From a virus, in UHGV virus genome UHGV-0160030: a DNA stretch of 40,988 nucleotides. One strand, written 5' to 3'. Below are positions 18,109 to 26,986 of the stretch, one piece after another. The notes under the pieces are model-generated. The model made no database searches, was not told where the DNA came from, and saw nothing but the letters and a program-made list of their open reading frames with translations. A program made the position numbers and the translations under genes. The stretch's first letter is position 1. Each line of letters opens with the position of its first letter.

Positions 18109-19128
18109 TCAGGACAGCACACCAATCGCCAGCGCGCGATCGATAAAACGAAATATCAGCTCCAGTTGGGAGCCATACTTCTCTTCAAATGCCACGGTAT
18201 CCGCATGCAGTTCGTCATGGTGTTTTCTGCACAAAGGCAACACAAAAAGGTCATGCGCTTTTGTTCCCATTCCACCCTGACCGTGACCTATCAGGTGGTG
18301 GGGATCATCAGCGGGCTTTCCACAACATGCACACGGCTGTGTCTTAACCCAGCGCGTGTACTTTTCATTAACCCAGCGGCGACGTTTTGGGCGTAACATA
18401 AAAGACTCCGGCGACTCCGGATCCACTTTCAGCGCCAGCACCTTTTTCGCCTTATCCCGGATGATGCTGGTGGCAGGAACCGAAGGCACAAGGTCACTTT
18501 CCCGGGTAACAGTCGGCACAACAGGCTTCGGTAATCTCAGTGCCTTACGGGCTGCACTTTCCGGTAAGGCATCCGCCAGATCATTACGAATCAGCCACCA
18601 GCACAGTTCCGGCATTGTCACAACGTGACTGTCATCAAAACCGAGATCCCGACGCACAACAGACAACACCCAGCGGGCACAGTTATCCGTTGCCCTTGAT
18701 TCCAGCCGTTCCGTGAACTGATCGCGCAGCTGATTATCGCAGTGCCAGCACAGACGGATTGCACCCGGAGCGTGTCGCATTGTGGTCATGTTCTCGCTGT
18801 GCCAGTCGGAATGAGGCCACTGGCAGCCTTTTTCACGAAGTAACCAGCTTTCAAGACATTCCACGCCACCAGCACGACGGATCACTGCCTCATTGCGGAA
18901 CACGGCCCGAACGGCAGGATCATCCGCCAGCGGTTGTGATGCCGCCGGAACGGCACCACTGGCGAAAGATGAATAACGTTCCGGCTCAGGCTCCAGCAGG
19001 ACACGCCCCTGCATAAACAGGGGCATCAGCTCTGAACCGGGCCTGAACAATACAATCCCCATACGCGGGGCAATTTCAGGGGTCAGCAGTGCTCTCACGG
19101 TCACCTCAGCAAACGATATTGAATGCAT
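18109..19128 (-). CDS. Hypothetical protein with C-terminal Cys/His (HNH- or NinG-like) metal-binding motif
   Basis: 339 aa; C-terminus CACCGKPADDPHHLIGHGQGG...CRKHHDELH; occupies the nin region between replication genes and Q. Confidence 0.6.
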   Translation of the reverse strand: MHSISFAEVTVRALLTPEIAPRMGIVLFRPGSELMPLFMQGRVLLEPEPERYSSFASGAVPAASQPLADDPAVRAVFRNEAVIRRAGGVECLESWLLREKGCQWPHSDWHSENMTTMRHAPGAIRLCWHCDNQLRDQFTERLESRATDNCARWVLSVVRRDLGFDDSHVVTMPELCWWLIRNDLADALPESAARKALRLPKPVVPTVTRESDLVPSVPATSIIRDKAKKVLALKVDPESPESFMLRPKRRRWVNEKYTRWVKTQPCACCGKPADDPHHLIGHGQGGMGTKAHDLFVLPLCRKHHDELHADTVAFEEKYGSQLELIFRFIDRALAIGVLS

Positions 19129-19149
19129 ACAGAGAAAAAAACTCAGTCA

Positions 19150-19407
19150 TCACGCAGTAAACTCCTTCACCAGTATTTCAAACTGGCTTACCTGTCCTTC
19201 CAGTTCCTCCACGCAATCCACCAGCTCATCCACCGCCTTTTGTGTACGGTGTTTTGCCTGCAGCAGATCACGAAGCGCCGGAGTAAGCTGCTTGCGGAGC
19301 GTATCTTTTGCCACGCTCGTTTTTTCCATCTGTTCAGCACAACGAAGCATCTCCTGCGCCTGCCGACGAAGTTGTTCCGGTGAAACAGTGGTTGTTCTGT
19401 TGTTCAA
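19150..19407 (-). CDS. Hypothetical small protein (85 aa, predicted coiled coil)
   Basis: ORF between helicase and the Cys/His-motif gene. Confidence 0.5.
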   Translation of the reverse strand: MNNRTTTVSPEQLRRQAQEMLRCAEQMEKTSVAKDTLRKQLTPALRDLLQAKHRTQKAVDELVDCVEELEGQVSQFEILVKEFTA

Positions 19408-20804
19408 AATAAACGCTCCGTTTTACTGCCCGACATGCGGTTATTGCTGTATCTGCGCGGATTGCCCGGCGTCATGGGTGTGGAAAGAACCCGGGCACTC
19501 TCCTGGTCCACAGGCAGAAAATGTCCGTTATGAAAACGCCGGTAAATGGTCCCGAGCGTGCCATTACGCTGTTTCGTGATGTTGATTTCTGCTATGCCTC
19601 TGGCCTGAGTTTCCGGGTTGTATACCTCATCCCTGTAAAGCATCAGAATGATGTCGGCATCCGCCTCGATTTCCCCGGAGTTTTTCAGGTCCGAGTTCAT
19701 TGGGCGTTTATTGGGTCTGGATTCCACGCCGCGGGAGAGCTGGCTCAGAGCAATCAGCGGAAAACCGCCGGATTTTGCCAGGCTTTTAAGTCCCTTTGAG
19801 ATTTCCCCCACCGCAAGGTCGTGACGCCCCGTGCTGCGGGTTTTAATCAGGCCGAGGTAATCGACCACCACCAGCGCCGTTTCCGGGTGTTTCATCCGGT
19901 GGTGCTTCGTGGTTGCACATATCTCATCAATGGTCAGGTTTGCCTGGTCCACCATCCAGATATTACGCCCCGTCATTCGTCCCACGCCCTGCGAGAAACG
20001 CGCCCAGTCTTCATCTTCAAAACGGGCAACAGACTTAAGACGGGATACCGGCATTCCACCGGCAGCAGACACCATACGTTCACCAATCTGGATGTTCGCC
20101 ATCTCCATGGTGAACAGAAGCACGCCATGCCCCTGCTCAGTCACCTTGTCGATGATGTCCAGCGCAAGTTCGGTTTTCCCCATCGAAGGACGGGCGGCAA
20201 TGAATACCAGGTCACCGGGCTCCATACCGCCCGTTTTTGCGTCCAGTTCATCAATACCGGTCATCAGCGCCCTGGATTTCTCCAGTCCCTGATTGCGGCA
20301 TTCAACACGGTCGACCACTTCCGGAAGGACATCATCAATGTGAACCGGCTGAATGACGCCCTTTCCGGTCGACAGTGAGGCCATCATGTTCTGCACATCC
20401 TTCAGGGCATCCTCGGCTGCTTCACAGGTATACGCATCACGTAAATTCTGTAATGCTTCAGTCAGTGTTTTTTCTGCATCGCGCAGTGCGGCATTGCGCC
20501 GCAACGCTGCGACATAGTGCTCCAGTGAAGACTTCACCCAGGTTTTGCGTCCGGTGTCGGTAATCACCGGGGCAAGTTCCGGCATCTCATTGCACAGCAG
20601 TACGGGGTCAATGACGCCGGATATGCGAGCCTGTCTGCAAATCCCCGCGTAAATATCCCGGTACTGACGCACAAAAAATACATCCGCCGGAAGTGTGGCC
20701 AGAATATCCATCACTTCCGGATCGGCCCCACGCAGAAAAAACGCACCGATGACAGCGCCTTCCAGGTCATCGTTACGCCATGCCGGGGTGTTCTGGCTGG
20801 TCAT
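19404..20804 (-). CDS. Replicative DNA helicase, DnaB family
   Basis: 466 aa; Walker A AARPSMGKTELAL; DnaB-like C-terminal RecA fold motifs. Confidence 0.85.
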   Translation of the reverse strand: MTSQNTPAWRNDDLEGAVIGAFFLRGADPEVMDILATLPADVFFVRQYRDIYAGICRQARISGVIDPVLLCNEMPELAPVITDTGRKTWVKSSLEHYVAALRRNAALRDAEKTLTEALQNLRDAYTCEAAEDALKDVQNMMASLSTGKGVIQPVHIDDVLPEVVDRVECRNQGLEKSRALMTGIDELDAKTGGMEPGDLVFIAARPSMGKTELALDIIDKVTEQGHGVLLFTMEMANIQIGERMVSAAGGMPVSRLKSVARFEDEDWARFSQGVGRMTGRNIWMVDQANLTIDEICATTKHHRMKHPETALVVVDYLGLIKTRSTGRHDLAVGEISKGLKSLAKSGGFPLIALSQLSRGVESRPNKRPMNSDLKNSGEIEADADIILMLYRDEVYNPETQARGIAEINITKQRNGTLGTIYRRFHNGHFLPVDQESARVLSTPMTPGNPRRYSNNRMSGSKTERLF

Positions 20805-21709
20805 GCGGCAACACCTCCGATACGAGAACGGTAGCTGGGCCAGTTAAACGACAACCAGTTGCGCCCGCCATCGGTGATCCTGTCGGCAATCCGGGGACTG
20901 ATGAACGCCCACAATTCTTCCGGTGAAAGGTTGCTGATCAGGATAGTTGGCAAAATACCCTCATACCGGGCATTGATAATTTCCTGCAAAATGGCCATTT
21001 CAGCCGCACTGCCAAACTGAACGCCGACTTCGTCGACAATCAGCAAATCCAGTGACGCATAATGCTCAATGACGTCATCCGCTGTTTTTTCACTGTCATT
21101 CCGCCAGCAGTTTTTCACAGCCCGGGTAAGGCGCATCACGTCGGTGATCTCCACACTGGCCAGATAGTTACGGATGATGTGTTTTGCCATTGATACCGCC
21201 AGATGATTTTTCCCGGTACCGCAACTGCCGGTCATAACAAGACTGGTACCGTTCTCCAGCATATCTGGCCAGTTCTCCGCATAGCGGCGACAGGCCGCAA
21301 GATTTCTGGCTGCGTCAGGATTAACCTCCAGATAATTATCAAACTCGCAGTCCCGAAAACGCAGAGCAATTCCGGCGTTATCAGTCAGTTCTTCCGCCTT
21401 GAGGGACGACAGTTCCATGGTCAAATCACTGGCCTCAGCGATCAAGCAGTCAGGGCAGCATGAAATTTTTTCTCTGTCCTCGCCATTACGATCGATCCAC
21501 ACCAGTATATGCGTACGATATTTACCGTGTTTTTCGCAATATCCGCGACCTTCACGCATCAGGCAGGAACGATAAGGCCATGGCTTTTCGCCCTTCTGAG
21601 CAAATGCAATCTCTGCCCGTAACTCATCCATTTCTGCCCGTAACTCATCCATTCGCGCCTGTAGTCTTGTTTGTTTCTCACGTTGGTCAATCGTCATCAT
21701 CGCTGTCAC
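20801..21709 (-). CDS. Helicase loader, DnaC/IstB-like AAA+ ATPase with N-terminal Cys cluster
   Basis: 302 aa; Walker A GSCGTGKNHLA, Walker B LLIVDEVG; N-terminal tandem MDELRAE duplication. Confidence 0.8.
   Translation of the reverse strand: MTAMMTIDQREKQTRLQARMDELRAEMDELRAEIAFAQKGEKPWPYRSCLMREGRGYCEKHGKYRTHILVWIDRNGEDREKISCCPDCLIAEASDLTMELSSLKAEELTDNAGIALRFRDCEFDNYLEVNPDAARNLAACRRYAENWPDMLENGTSLVMTGSCGTGKNHLAVSMAKHIIRNYLASVEITDVMRLTRAVKNCWRNDSEKTADDVIEHYASLDLLIVDEVGVQFGSAAEMAILQEIINARYEGILPTILISNLSPEELWAFISPRIADRITDGGRNWLSFNWPSYRSRIGGVAA
21613..21654. repeat. 21-bp tandem direct repeat x2 (20/21 identical), in frame within loader gene 5' end
   Basis: ctgcccgtaactcatccatt(t/c) twice in succession. 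Confidence 0.9.
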
Positions 21710-21710
21710 C

Positions 21711-22703
21711 TCAGAATGTCAATTTGTTACTGGATTTACCGAATTTGTCAGACATGGCTCCCAGGCCAGCCAGGACATCGACCTGTCGCTGTCGCCCACC
21801 TCCGTGAGCGGCTGGCTGTTGCCAGTAATCTTCGAAGTGACGATCGGGTCCAAAGAACGTCGCAGCCTGCTTCACGAACTGTGTGCCGGTATTTCCTGTA
21901 GCACGTACCCAGGCGGCATACCGCTTCACGCCATCAAGCATGGTCTCCGGTTTTATTCCCTCCCTGATACGGGCTTTCCAGGCTTTGAAGGCTGCTGACT
22001 TGGAATTGCCACCAGCACGTTTGGGATATTCCTGCCAGGCCTGTTCAAATTCCGATGAATATTCCTGTCGGGCAGAACGCGCTGGCGCAGACGCGTCAGC
22101 GGATGCATCAATAGTGTTTTTAGTCTCCGTTGTAATCTCTGTAGTAATCTCTGTATTTGTATCAACATTCGGCGTATCCCCTGTTCCGTTATGACGTCGG
22201 GGGGTGTTCCGTTTTAACGTAATAGCTGTATCGCTGATTGCATTATTGCTGTTACTTTCTGGCGAAACAGAAGAAGGTGTGGTGATGGCCGCAATTGCCT
22301 GTGGGTTGATCCCGACAAACAAAATATTGCTGCATTTCACCCCATCGAGCATTTCCACCGTGCGTAAATCCAGAGTAATAAACCCTGCATCGCGCAGACG
22401 CTTCAGCGCATCTGCGGTTTCCCTTTTCCCGAAACCAAACTGCTCAGCAAACGCCTGGTAGCTTCTTTGCAGTTTGTCGCCCTGAAAACGCTTGCGATAT
22501 CCCAGCAACGCTCCGGTGTGCTCATCCCTGACCTCTGTCGGGCGGTACCAGTAAACGATCTCTGAAAGCAGAGCGATAGCCGTCGCATCCGGACGCCCAC
22601 TGGGTAGTCGAATATATTTCCACCAGTTCGCAGGTGTAACATTGCCGGAAATATTAATTTGACCAATAGCCATAACTTCCGGTGTGGGGGCGTAACGGCT
22701 CAT
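21711..22703 (-). CDS. Replication initiation protein (O-like) with internal origin iterons
   Basis: 330 aa; position upstream of loader and helicase; central low-complexity linker TEITTEITTE encoded by the iterons. Confidence 0.65.
   Translation of the reverse strand: MSRYAPTPEVMAIGQINISGNVTPANWWKYIRLPSGRPDATAIALLSEIVYWYRPTEVRDEHTGALLGYRKRFQGDKLQRSYQAFAEQFGFGKRETADALKRLRDAGFITLDLRTVEMLDGVKCSNILFVGINPQAIAAITTPSSVSPESNSNNAISDTAITLKRNTPRRHNGTGDTPNVDTNTEITTEITTETKNTIDASADASAPARSARQEYSSEFEQAWQEYPKRAGGNSKSAAFKAWKARIREGIKPETMLDGVKRYAAWVRATGNTGTQFVKQAATFFGPDRHFEDYWQQPAAHGGGRQRQVDVLAGLGAMSDKFGKSSNKLTF
22132..22155. repeat. Putative ori iterons: 12-bp perfect tandem repeat gtaatctctgta x2 with degenerate flanking copies
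   Basis: Read directly; lies inside the initiator gene as in lambda ori. Confidence 0.6.
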
Positions 22704-22999
22704 ACAACCTCCTTCCGCGGCATGAGAATTGTGTAGCCACGCGCAGGTTGTAGTCTGGCTTTTGCATCAATAGTAAGCGTTGCAATTTTTCGGATATGAA
22801 GATAACCAGCTCTTTCCAGTGCCAGGGTTTCCCTGAATATCGCTTGCTTAGAACAACAGCAGAAATCAGCAAGCACCTGATGATCAATAACTCTCTCGCC
22901 TTCACCGTCTGAAGAACCCGACATCAAAACACGCAACATAATCAGGCGCTGAATCGGGTTATCGAAAGCACATCCGCACACAAACTGAAAACAGTTCAC
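22700..22999 (-). CDS. Hypothetical protein, possible winged-helix DNA-binding
   Basis: 99 aa ORF, overlapping stop/start with neighbours. Confidence 0.45.
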   Translation of the reverse strand: MNCFQFVCGCAFDNPIQRLIMLRVLMSGSSDGEGERVIDHQVLADFCCCSKQAIFRETLALERAGYLHIRKIATLTIDAKARLQPARGYTILMPRKEVV

Positions 23000-23220
23000 G
23001 CCACACCTCCCAGACGCTTAAACATTTTTCCAGACAGAAATACCGCCAGAGGGTAACTGATGGTGTAGCTACGCCCCTGTAGTTCGCACACGACTTTCTG
23101 GCTTTCAGCGTTGACTAGGCAAACCCGCAGAACGTGACCGTTGCTGGTGGCGAACCACTGCCCCACACGGGGGCAACGGTTGTATCGGTGATACAGGGAA
23201 TTAACGATGTGGCGGATCAT
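22996..23220 (-). CDS. Hypothetical protein (74 aa)
   Basis: ORF with coupled overlaps. Confidence 0.45.
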   Translation of the reverse strand: MIRHIVNSLYHRYNRCPRVGQWFATSNGHVLRVCLVNAESQKVVCELQGRSYTISYPLAVFLSGKMFKRLGGVA

Positions 23221-23411
23221 GGACGCACCTCCACCGTAGTTACGTATTTAACCGGGCTACCTTTCATTGAGATGGTTTCACACATCTCTGCCGCTTTCAG
23301 TTCCGCTGTTTTTCTGGATTTATAGCGACGGTGCCAGACAGATACATCCGTGCGAACTGATACATCGTTTCTGTATTCCGTAGTGGAGATGATGATTTCG
23401 TAACTAATCAT
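23217..23411 (-). CDS. Hypothetical protein (64 aa)
   Basis: ORF with coupled overlaps. Confidence 0.45.
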   Translation of the reverse strand: MISYEIIISTTEYRNDVSVRTDVSVWHRRYKSRKTAELKAAEMCETISMKGSPVKYVTTVEVRP

Positions 23412-23959
23412 GGGCGAACCTCCTTGTCAGAACCATTCAGCCTGGAATCAACAAGTGCAGCGCCAAAAACAGCATCACCAACACGGTCGTACAGTTTGCT
23501 AGCCAGCGGAGATTCAACGGCCTTAAGCATTGGATAAAGCTGGCTTGTCCAGATTTGATGGATTTCACGCAAATGCAGGTATACGCCTCTGGCGTTTCGT
23601 GCGACAGCTGACATATCAGACGCATCGGCACCTGATAAACTCTTCTCCATCAGGTTAAAGGCGTTGATGTATGCCTCTTTGAACCGGGCAGCACGTTTAC
23701 CAGTGAAGCCCATGGCAAGGAACGCGAAGCCATCGCGGGTGATTTGATAGCAAGGTAGTTTGCGGCCTGATGCGTCGGTGTATTCACTTAACACAAAATT
23801 GTGTTCAGTAAATTCAGCGGAACATTCGAGGTTTCTAATTCTATCTAAAACCCGCTCATGCCGTTTAGTAAAGTAATTAGCTACTGCAAGAGATGTGGTG
23901 ACAACGCGACCATTGATAATCGTGATTTCAGGGTGAGATTGGGTTGGGAGAGTAGTCAT
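23408..23959 (-). CDS. Phage regulatory protein Rha family
   Basis: ITIINGRVVTTSLAVANYFTKRHERVLDRIRNL...ITRDGFAFLAMGFTGKRAARFKEAYINAFN typical Rha signature; start moved to ATG 23959 (MTTLPTQ...). Confidence 0.7.
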   Translation of the reverse strand: MTTLPTQSHPEITIINGRVVTTSLAVANYFTKRHERVLDRIRNLECSAEFTEHNFVLSEYTDASGRKLPCYQITRDGFAFLAMGFTGKRAARFKEAYINAFNLMEKSLSGADASDMSAVARNARGVYLHLREIHQIWTSQLYPMLKAVESPLASKLYDRVGDAVFGAALVDSRLNGSDKEVRP

Positions 23960-24129
23960 GGTGACAGCCCCTATGTTGAATTCAATGAACTCACCACCAA
24001 GGCTTTCCACGACCATATAGGTGGTGAGACGTACAGGGGTGGAAATACCGGTCAACATAGAACCCGGCCCAACCGAAGTTGGCCCTGCACGCCCCACCAT
24101 AATTTGGGCGTAACGATGCTCATGACACG

Positions 24130-24150
24130 AAAAAACCGCATGAGCGCGGT
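24130..24150 (-). terminator. tR1-like intrinsic terminator in the early rightward operon
   Basis: plus strand aaaaaaccgcatgagcgcggt; minus transcript ACCGC-gcucau-GCGGU followed by U6. Confidence 0.55.
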
Positions 24151-24370
24151 TGTGCTCTATATTGAATTTCGGGTTTCCACGCCCGGCACCCGCTTTATAA
24201 GGTGCCTGAGCAGTGTAACGTCCCGGAATTGCAGAATCAATATTTGGTCTTGAAATGATCATATAGCTGCTGATATCTTTAGAACTGTTCTTGGATGTTT
24301 CGGAGCCGTTTTATGCGAAACAGCTCCCCGTTATTGATGTTGAGTGAGCCGGGTTACTCCCGGCTTTTTT

Positions 24371-25078
24371 TCATCGCTGCCAACCAATAACCTGAAATAA
24401 CCCCATTTTCGGGTGATACCAGCGAGTCCCTCGCGGTTCTGCTTCCTCCATAACCCGATAAAAAGCAGCCATAAACGGTTCCACAGCAACAATTGCGCGA
24501 CGTGACAACAATCCGTCCGGCGTCATGAACTCATGGGTGTCTGTAGGAATCTGATAGGCGTTCACCAGATTGCGGCATTTATCATCTGACAAACCGGTTT
24601 TTGCTTTCAGTTGGCGATATCCGGCATAGCCCTCACGAATAGTGCCCTTTTTAATTTGCTCGACTGTTTCAGCAACGTGGCTGACTTTTTCTTCCACCTG
24701 AGTGATCCGTTTCTGTTGGCGAACGGCTTCAAGAGCCATCGCGGCAACCATTTCGATTTCGCTCATTGGCTTACGGATCTGTTCTTCCAGTTCGCGCCAG
24801 CGATCTACCAGGCGAGCAGTGAATTCAGGGCAGAGCTGTGCGACGACAATGATGCTGTCGCGCTTACCTTGTTCTCCTTCAAACAGGTAATGCTCATATT
24901 GAACTTTAAAACCTAAGTTATTGATTTTCTCGGAAACAGCCATTGGCGGTTTCCGGATGATGTTTTTAGCAACCAGGCGTTCGATACTACGTTTAACATC
25001 TGAGTGCTGACTACCCACCAGCTCTGCGATCTCAACGCTGGTCATGGATGCTTTGTCGTTAAAAATTGCGGTGTTCAT
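24371..25078 (-). CDS. Antirepressor-like regulatory protein (Rha/AntA-type N-terminal domain)
   Basis: 235 aa; N-terminal MTSVEIAELVGSQHSDVKRSIERL; ATGA overlap with the upstream small ORF. Confidence 0.6.
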   Translation of the reverse strand: MNTAIFNDKASMTSVEIAELVGSQHSDVKRSIERLVAKNIIRKPPMAVSEKINNLGFKVQYEHYLFEGEQGKRDSIIVVAQLCPEFTARLVDRWRELEEQIRKPMSEIEMVAAMALEAVRQQKRITQVEEKVSHVAETVEQIKKGTIREGYAGYRQLKAKTGLSDDKCRNLVNAYQIPTDTHEFMTPDGLLSRRAIVAVEPFMAAFYRVMEEAEPRGTRWYHPKMGLFQVIGWQR

Positions 25079-25302
25079 TGTTGGTCTCCTGTGGGCTTGT
25101 CATCTTCTGTATTCGCTAGACTTGGGTGTGTATATGGAATGCTCGTATCCAGATGACAAAGAATGGCAACATCCTCCGGAACACCTCGCGTTTTCCACTT
25201 TCCAACACCTTGACTGCCACGAGGCCTTCCTTTCTTTGGGAACCTGCGACCAATAGCGGCATTGGTTTTAAATTGAATTTTTAATATTTCATAAAGGGTC
25301 AT
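25075..25302 (-). CDS. Small basic protein in the cro position, divergent from cI
   Basis: 75 aa; starts 111 bp from the cI start on the opposite strand; translationally coupled (ATGA) to next gene; weak RBS; no clear HTH. Confidence 0.35.
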   Translation of the reverse strand: MTLYEILKIQFKTNAAIGRRFPKKGRPRGSQGVGKWKTRGVPEDVAILCHLDTSIPYTHPSLANTEDDKPTGDQQ

Positions 25303-25413
25303 TCTTTAGTCTCACACCAGATACTTTGTTATCCAACGATGTTAACCACAGGAACCCAAAGTATCAAGAAATTCTGTTACTTTAGTATCAACAGCCATGA
25401 GAGGAGAAGAAAA
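25303..25413. promoter_or_regulatory. Right operator/promoter region (divergent PR/PRM-like) with CCAAAGTATCAA-type operator motifs
   Basis: GTATCA at 25361 and 25385, inverted partial copy at 25320; 12-mer CCAAAGTATCAA at 25356 repeated at 26095. Confidence 0.55.
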
Positions 25414-26070
25414 ATGAAGTCTTTAGGTGAACGTCTCATCAACGCACGGCAAAAAGCTGGGTTAACACAAGATGCGTTGGCTAAAAAAGCTGGGGTCACC
25501 AGAGTTGCAATCAGTAAAGCCGAGCAAGGCCTTACAAAAAGTTTCAACGGTGACACCCTTTTTAAAGTTGCAGCTGCACTGCAGTGTTCACCGCAGTGGC
25601 TTCAGAACGGAGATGAAAAAGATAAGCATTGGGAAAATAATGTTAAGAGCTGCCCACAGAGAGACACAGCATACTCTTACCCTGTAATTAACTGGGTTCA
25701 GGCAGGATTATTCGCAACTTCTGGTGATGACTACAACATGTATGATCAGGATAATTGGAGGCATTCTGTAAAATACGCTGGTGAGAGGGGGTTCTGGCTG
25801 GAAGTGCACGGAGACTCAATGACTTCGCCCGTAGGAATAACATTTCCTGAAGGAATGTCGATCCTTGTCAACCCAGATAAAGAAGTTTTTTCAGGGTGTT
25901 ACGTCATCGCCAGAAAAAAATCCACCAATGAAGCAACATTCAAAAAATATATTTCTGACATGGGAAAGGCGTTTCTAAAGCCCCTTAATCCACAATATCC
26001 AATCATAGAAATGGACAATGATTGCGAAATAGTAGGTGTTGTGGTTGATGCCAGGTGGGATATTTTCTAA
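25414..26070 (+). CDS. cI: CI-type repressor: N-terminal HTH plus C-terminal S24 (LexA-like) autopeptidase domain
   Basis: 218 aa from ATG 25414 with GAGGAG RBS; HTH LTQDALAKKAGVTRVAISKAEQG; Ala-Gly cleavage site; GDSM serine motif. Confidence 0.85.
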   Translation: MKSLGERLINARQKAGLTQDALAKKAGVTRVAISKAEQGLTKSFNGDTLFKVAAALQCSPQWLQNGDEKDKHWENNVKSCPQRDTAYSYPVINWVQAGLFATSGDDYNMYDQDNWRHSVKYAGERGFWLEVHGDSMTSPVGITFPEGMSILVNPDKEVFSGCYVIARKKSTNEATFKKYISDMGKAFLKPLNPQYPIIEMDNDCEIVGVVVDARWDIF

Positions 26071-26173
26071 CCAGACACAAAACACAAAAAGAAACCAAAG
26101 TATCAAAAATCACTTGCCACACCTTGATACCTTAGTTACCATAAAACAAAGTTCGTAACTGAGGTATCATCTC
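26071..26173. promoter_or_regulatory. Left operator/promoter region (PL-like) with the same operator motif
   Basis: CCAAAGTATCAA at 26095, inverted TTGATAC at 26124, GTATCA at 26164; candidate -35 TTGCCA / -10 TACCAT. Confidence 0.5.
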
Positions 26174-26590
26174 ATGATCAATAAAGCTACAACTCTTGAC
26201 TGTCTCGAAGAACTGAAAAACCTCGGCAGCCTCATTACACTAATAGCAAAAGCAACACCTGATGCTACGCTCTCTAGCGATATAGAGTCATGCGCAGGGC
26301 TGGCATGGGATATGACAAATAGCATATCCAGAAAGCTATCGTCAGCAATGCTTTTACAGAATAAAAATTCTGCAATCAACAACCGTCTTCGCACCCAACG
26401 CGAAGCCTGCGGCTTAACAACCGCCGAACTCGCCAGGCTGCTCGATCTCGATGAAGAAATTATCATCCAGTGGGAGAGCGGAGAGTATGAACCAACTATC
26501 AGTATGCTTATCCCACTGGCAAATATTCTTGGCTGCGATCCGATGTGGCTGTTAACTGGTAAACCAACAGGTGGGGATACTTGCGCATGA
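26174..26590 (+). CDS. XRE-family HTH protein with N-terminal extension, first gene of leftward operon
   Basis: 138 aa; C-terminal HTH LTTAELARLLDLDEEIIIQWESGEYEP. Confidence 0.6.
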   Translation: MINKATTLDCLEELKNLGSLITLIAKATPDATLSSDIESCAGLAWDMTNSISRKLSSAMLLQNKNSAINNRLRTQREACGLTTAELARLLDLDEEIIIQWESGEYEPTISMLIPLANILGCDPMWLLTGKPTGGDTCA

Positions 26591-26829
26591 AAAACTGTGA
26601 TGCTTACCATATTTGTCTCATTGGTGAATTGCTTGATTTCATACAAAAAAGCACTGCGCGCAATAATAAAAATATAACATATGGTGATCTGGTAATAATT
26701 TCAGAGGATATAAAGAGCATCGCTCTTAAATTCAAGAGCGACGCGAGTATTGATGACGCTATTTACGCTTATCTTGCGAAAATAATTGACGGATCCAAAA
26801 TCCAGCCTCTGGATGAACCTCGTCAGTGA
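26581..26829 (+). CDS. Hypothetical protein (82 aa)
   Basis: ORF overlapping previous gene 3' end; 3' end overlaps a convergent minus-strand gene. Confidence 0.4.
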   Translation: MRMKNCDAYHICLIGELLDFIQKSTARNNKNITYGDLVIISEDIKSIALKFKSDASIDDAIYAYLAKIIDGSKIQPLDEPRQ

Positions 26830-26986
26830 AAAACTCCTTTGATGAAGATGAGAACTGCTTCATAAACTTTACTTTATCTTCAGGTGAAACTACCTGACGA
26901 ATTAATGCGGAGATAGCAACTTTGTGCCAAATTAATTCTTTTTTGAGTTCTGAAATCTCTTTTTCGAGTTGCTCTGCGTTAATCAT
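26759..26986 (-). CDS. Hypothetical protein (75 aa), opposite strand to the surrounding operon
   Basis: Strong RBS GGAGGATAA before ATG 26986. Confidence 0.55.
   Translation of the reverse strand: MINAEQLEKEISELKKELIWHKVAISALIRQVVSPEDKVKFMKQFSSSSKEFFTDEVHPEAGFWIRQLFSQDKRK

Noticed and set aside
23960-24262. N-terminal 101 codons of the track ORF 23408..24262
   Set aside because: The extension reads through a terminator hairpin and is Gly/Pro/Arg-rich; the Rha domain starts at an internal ATG (23959) with its own RBS, so the gene was shortened.
26167-26646. Minus-strand 159-aa ORF opposite the XRE-HTH gene
   Set aside because: Antisense to a gene with a recognisable HTH motif and good start context; no independent support.
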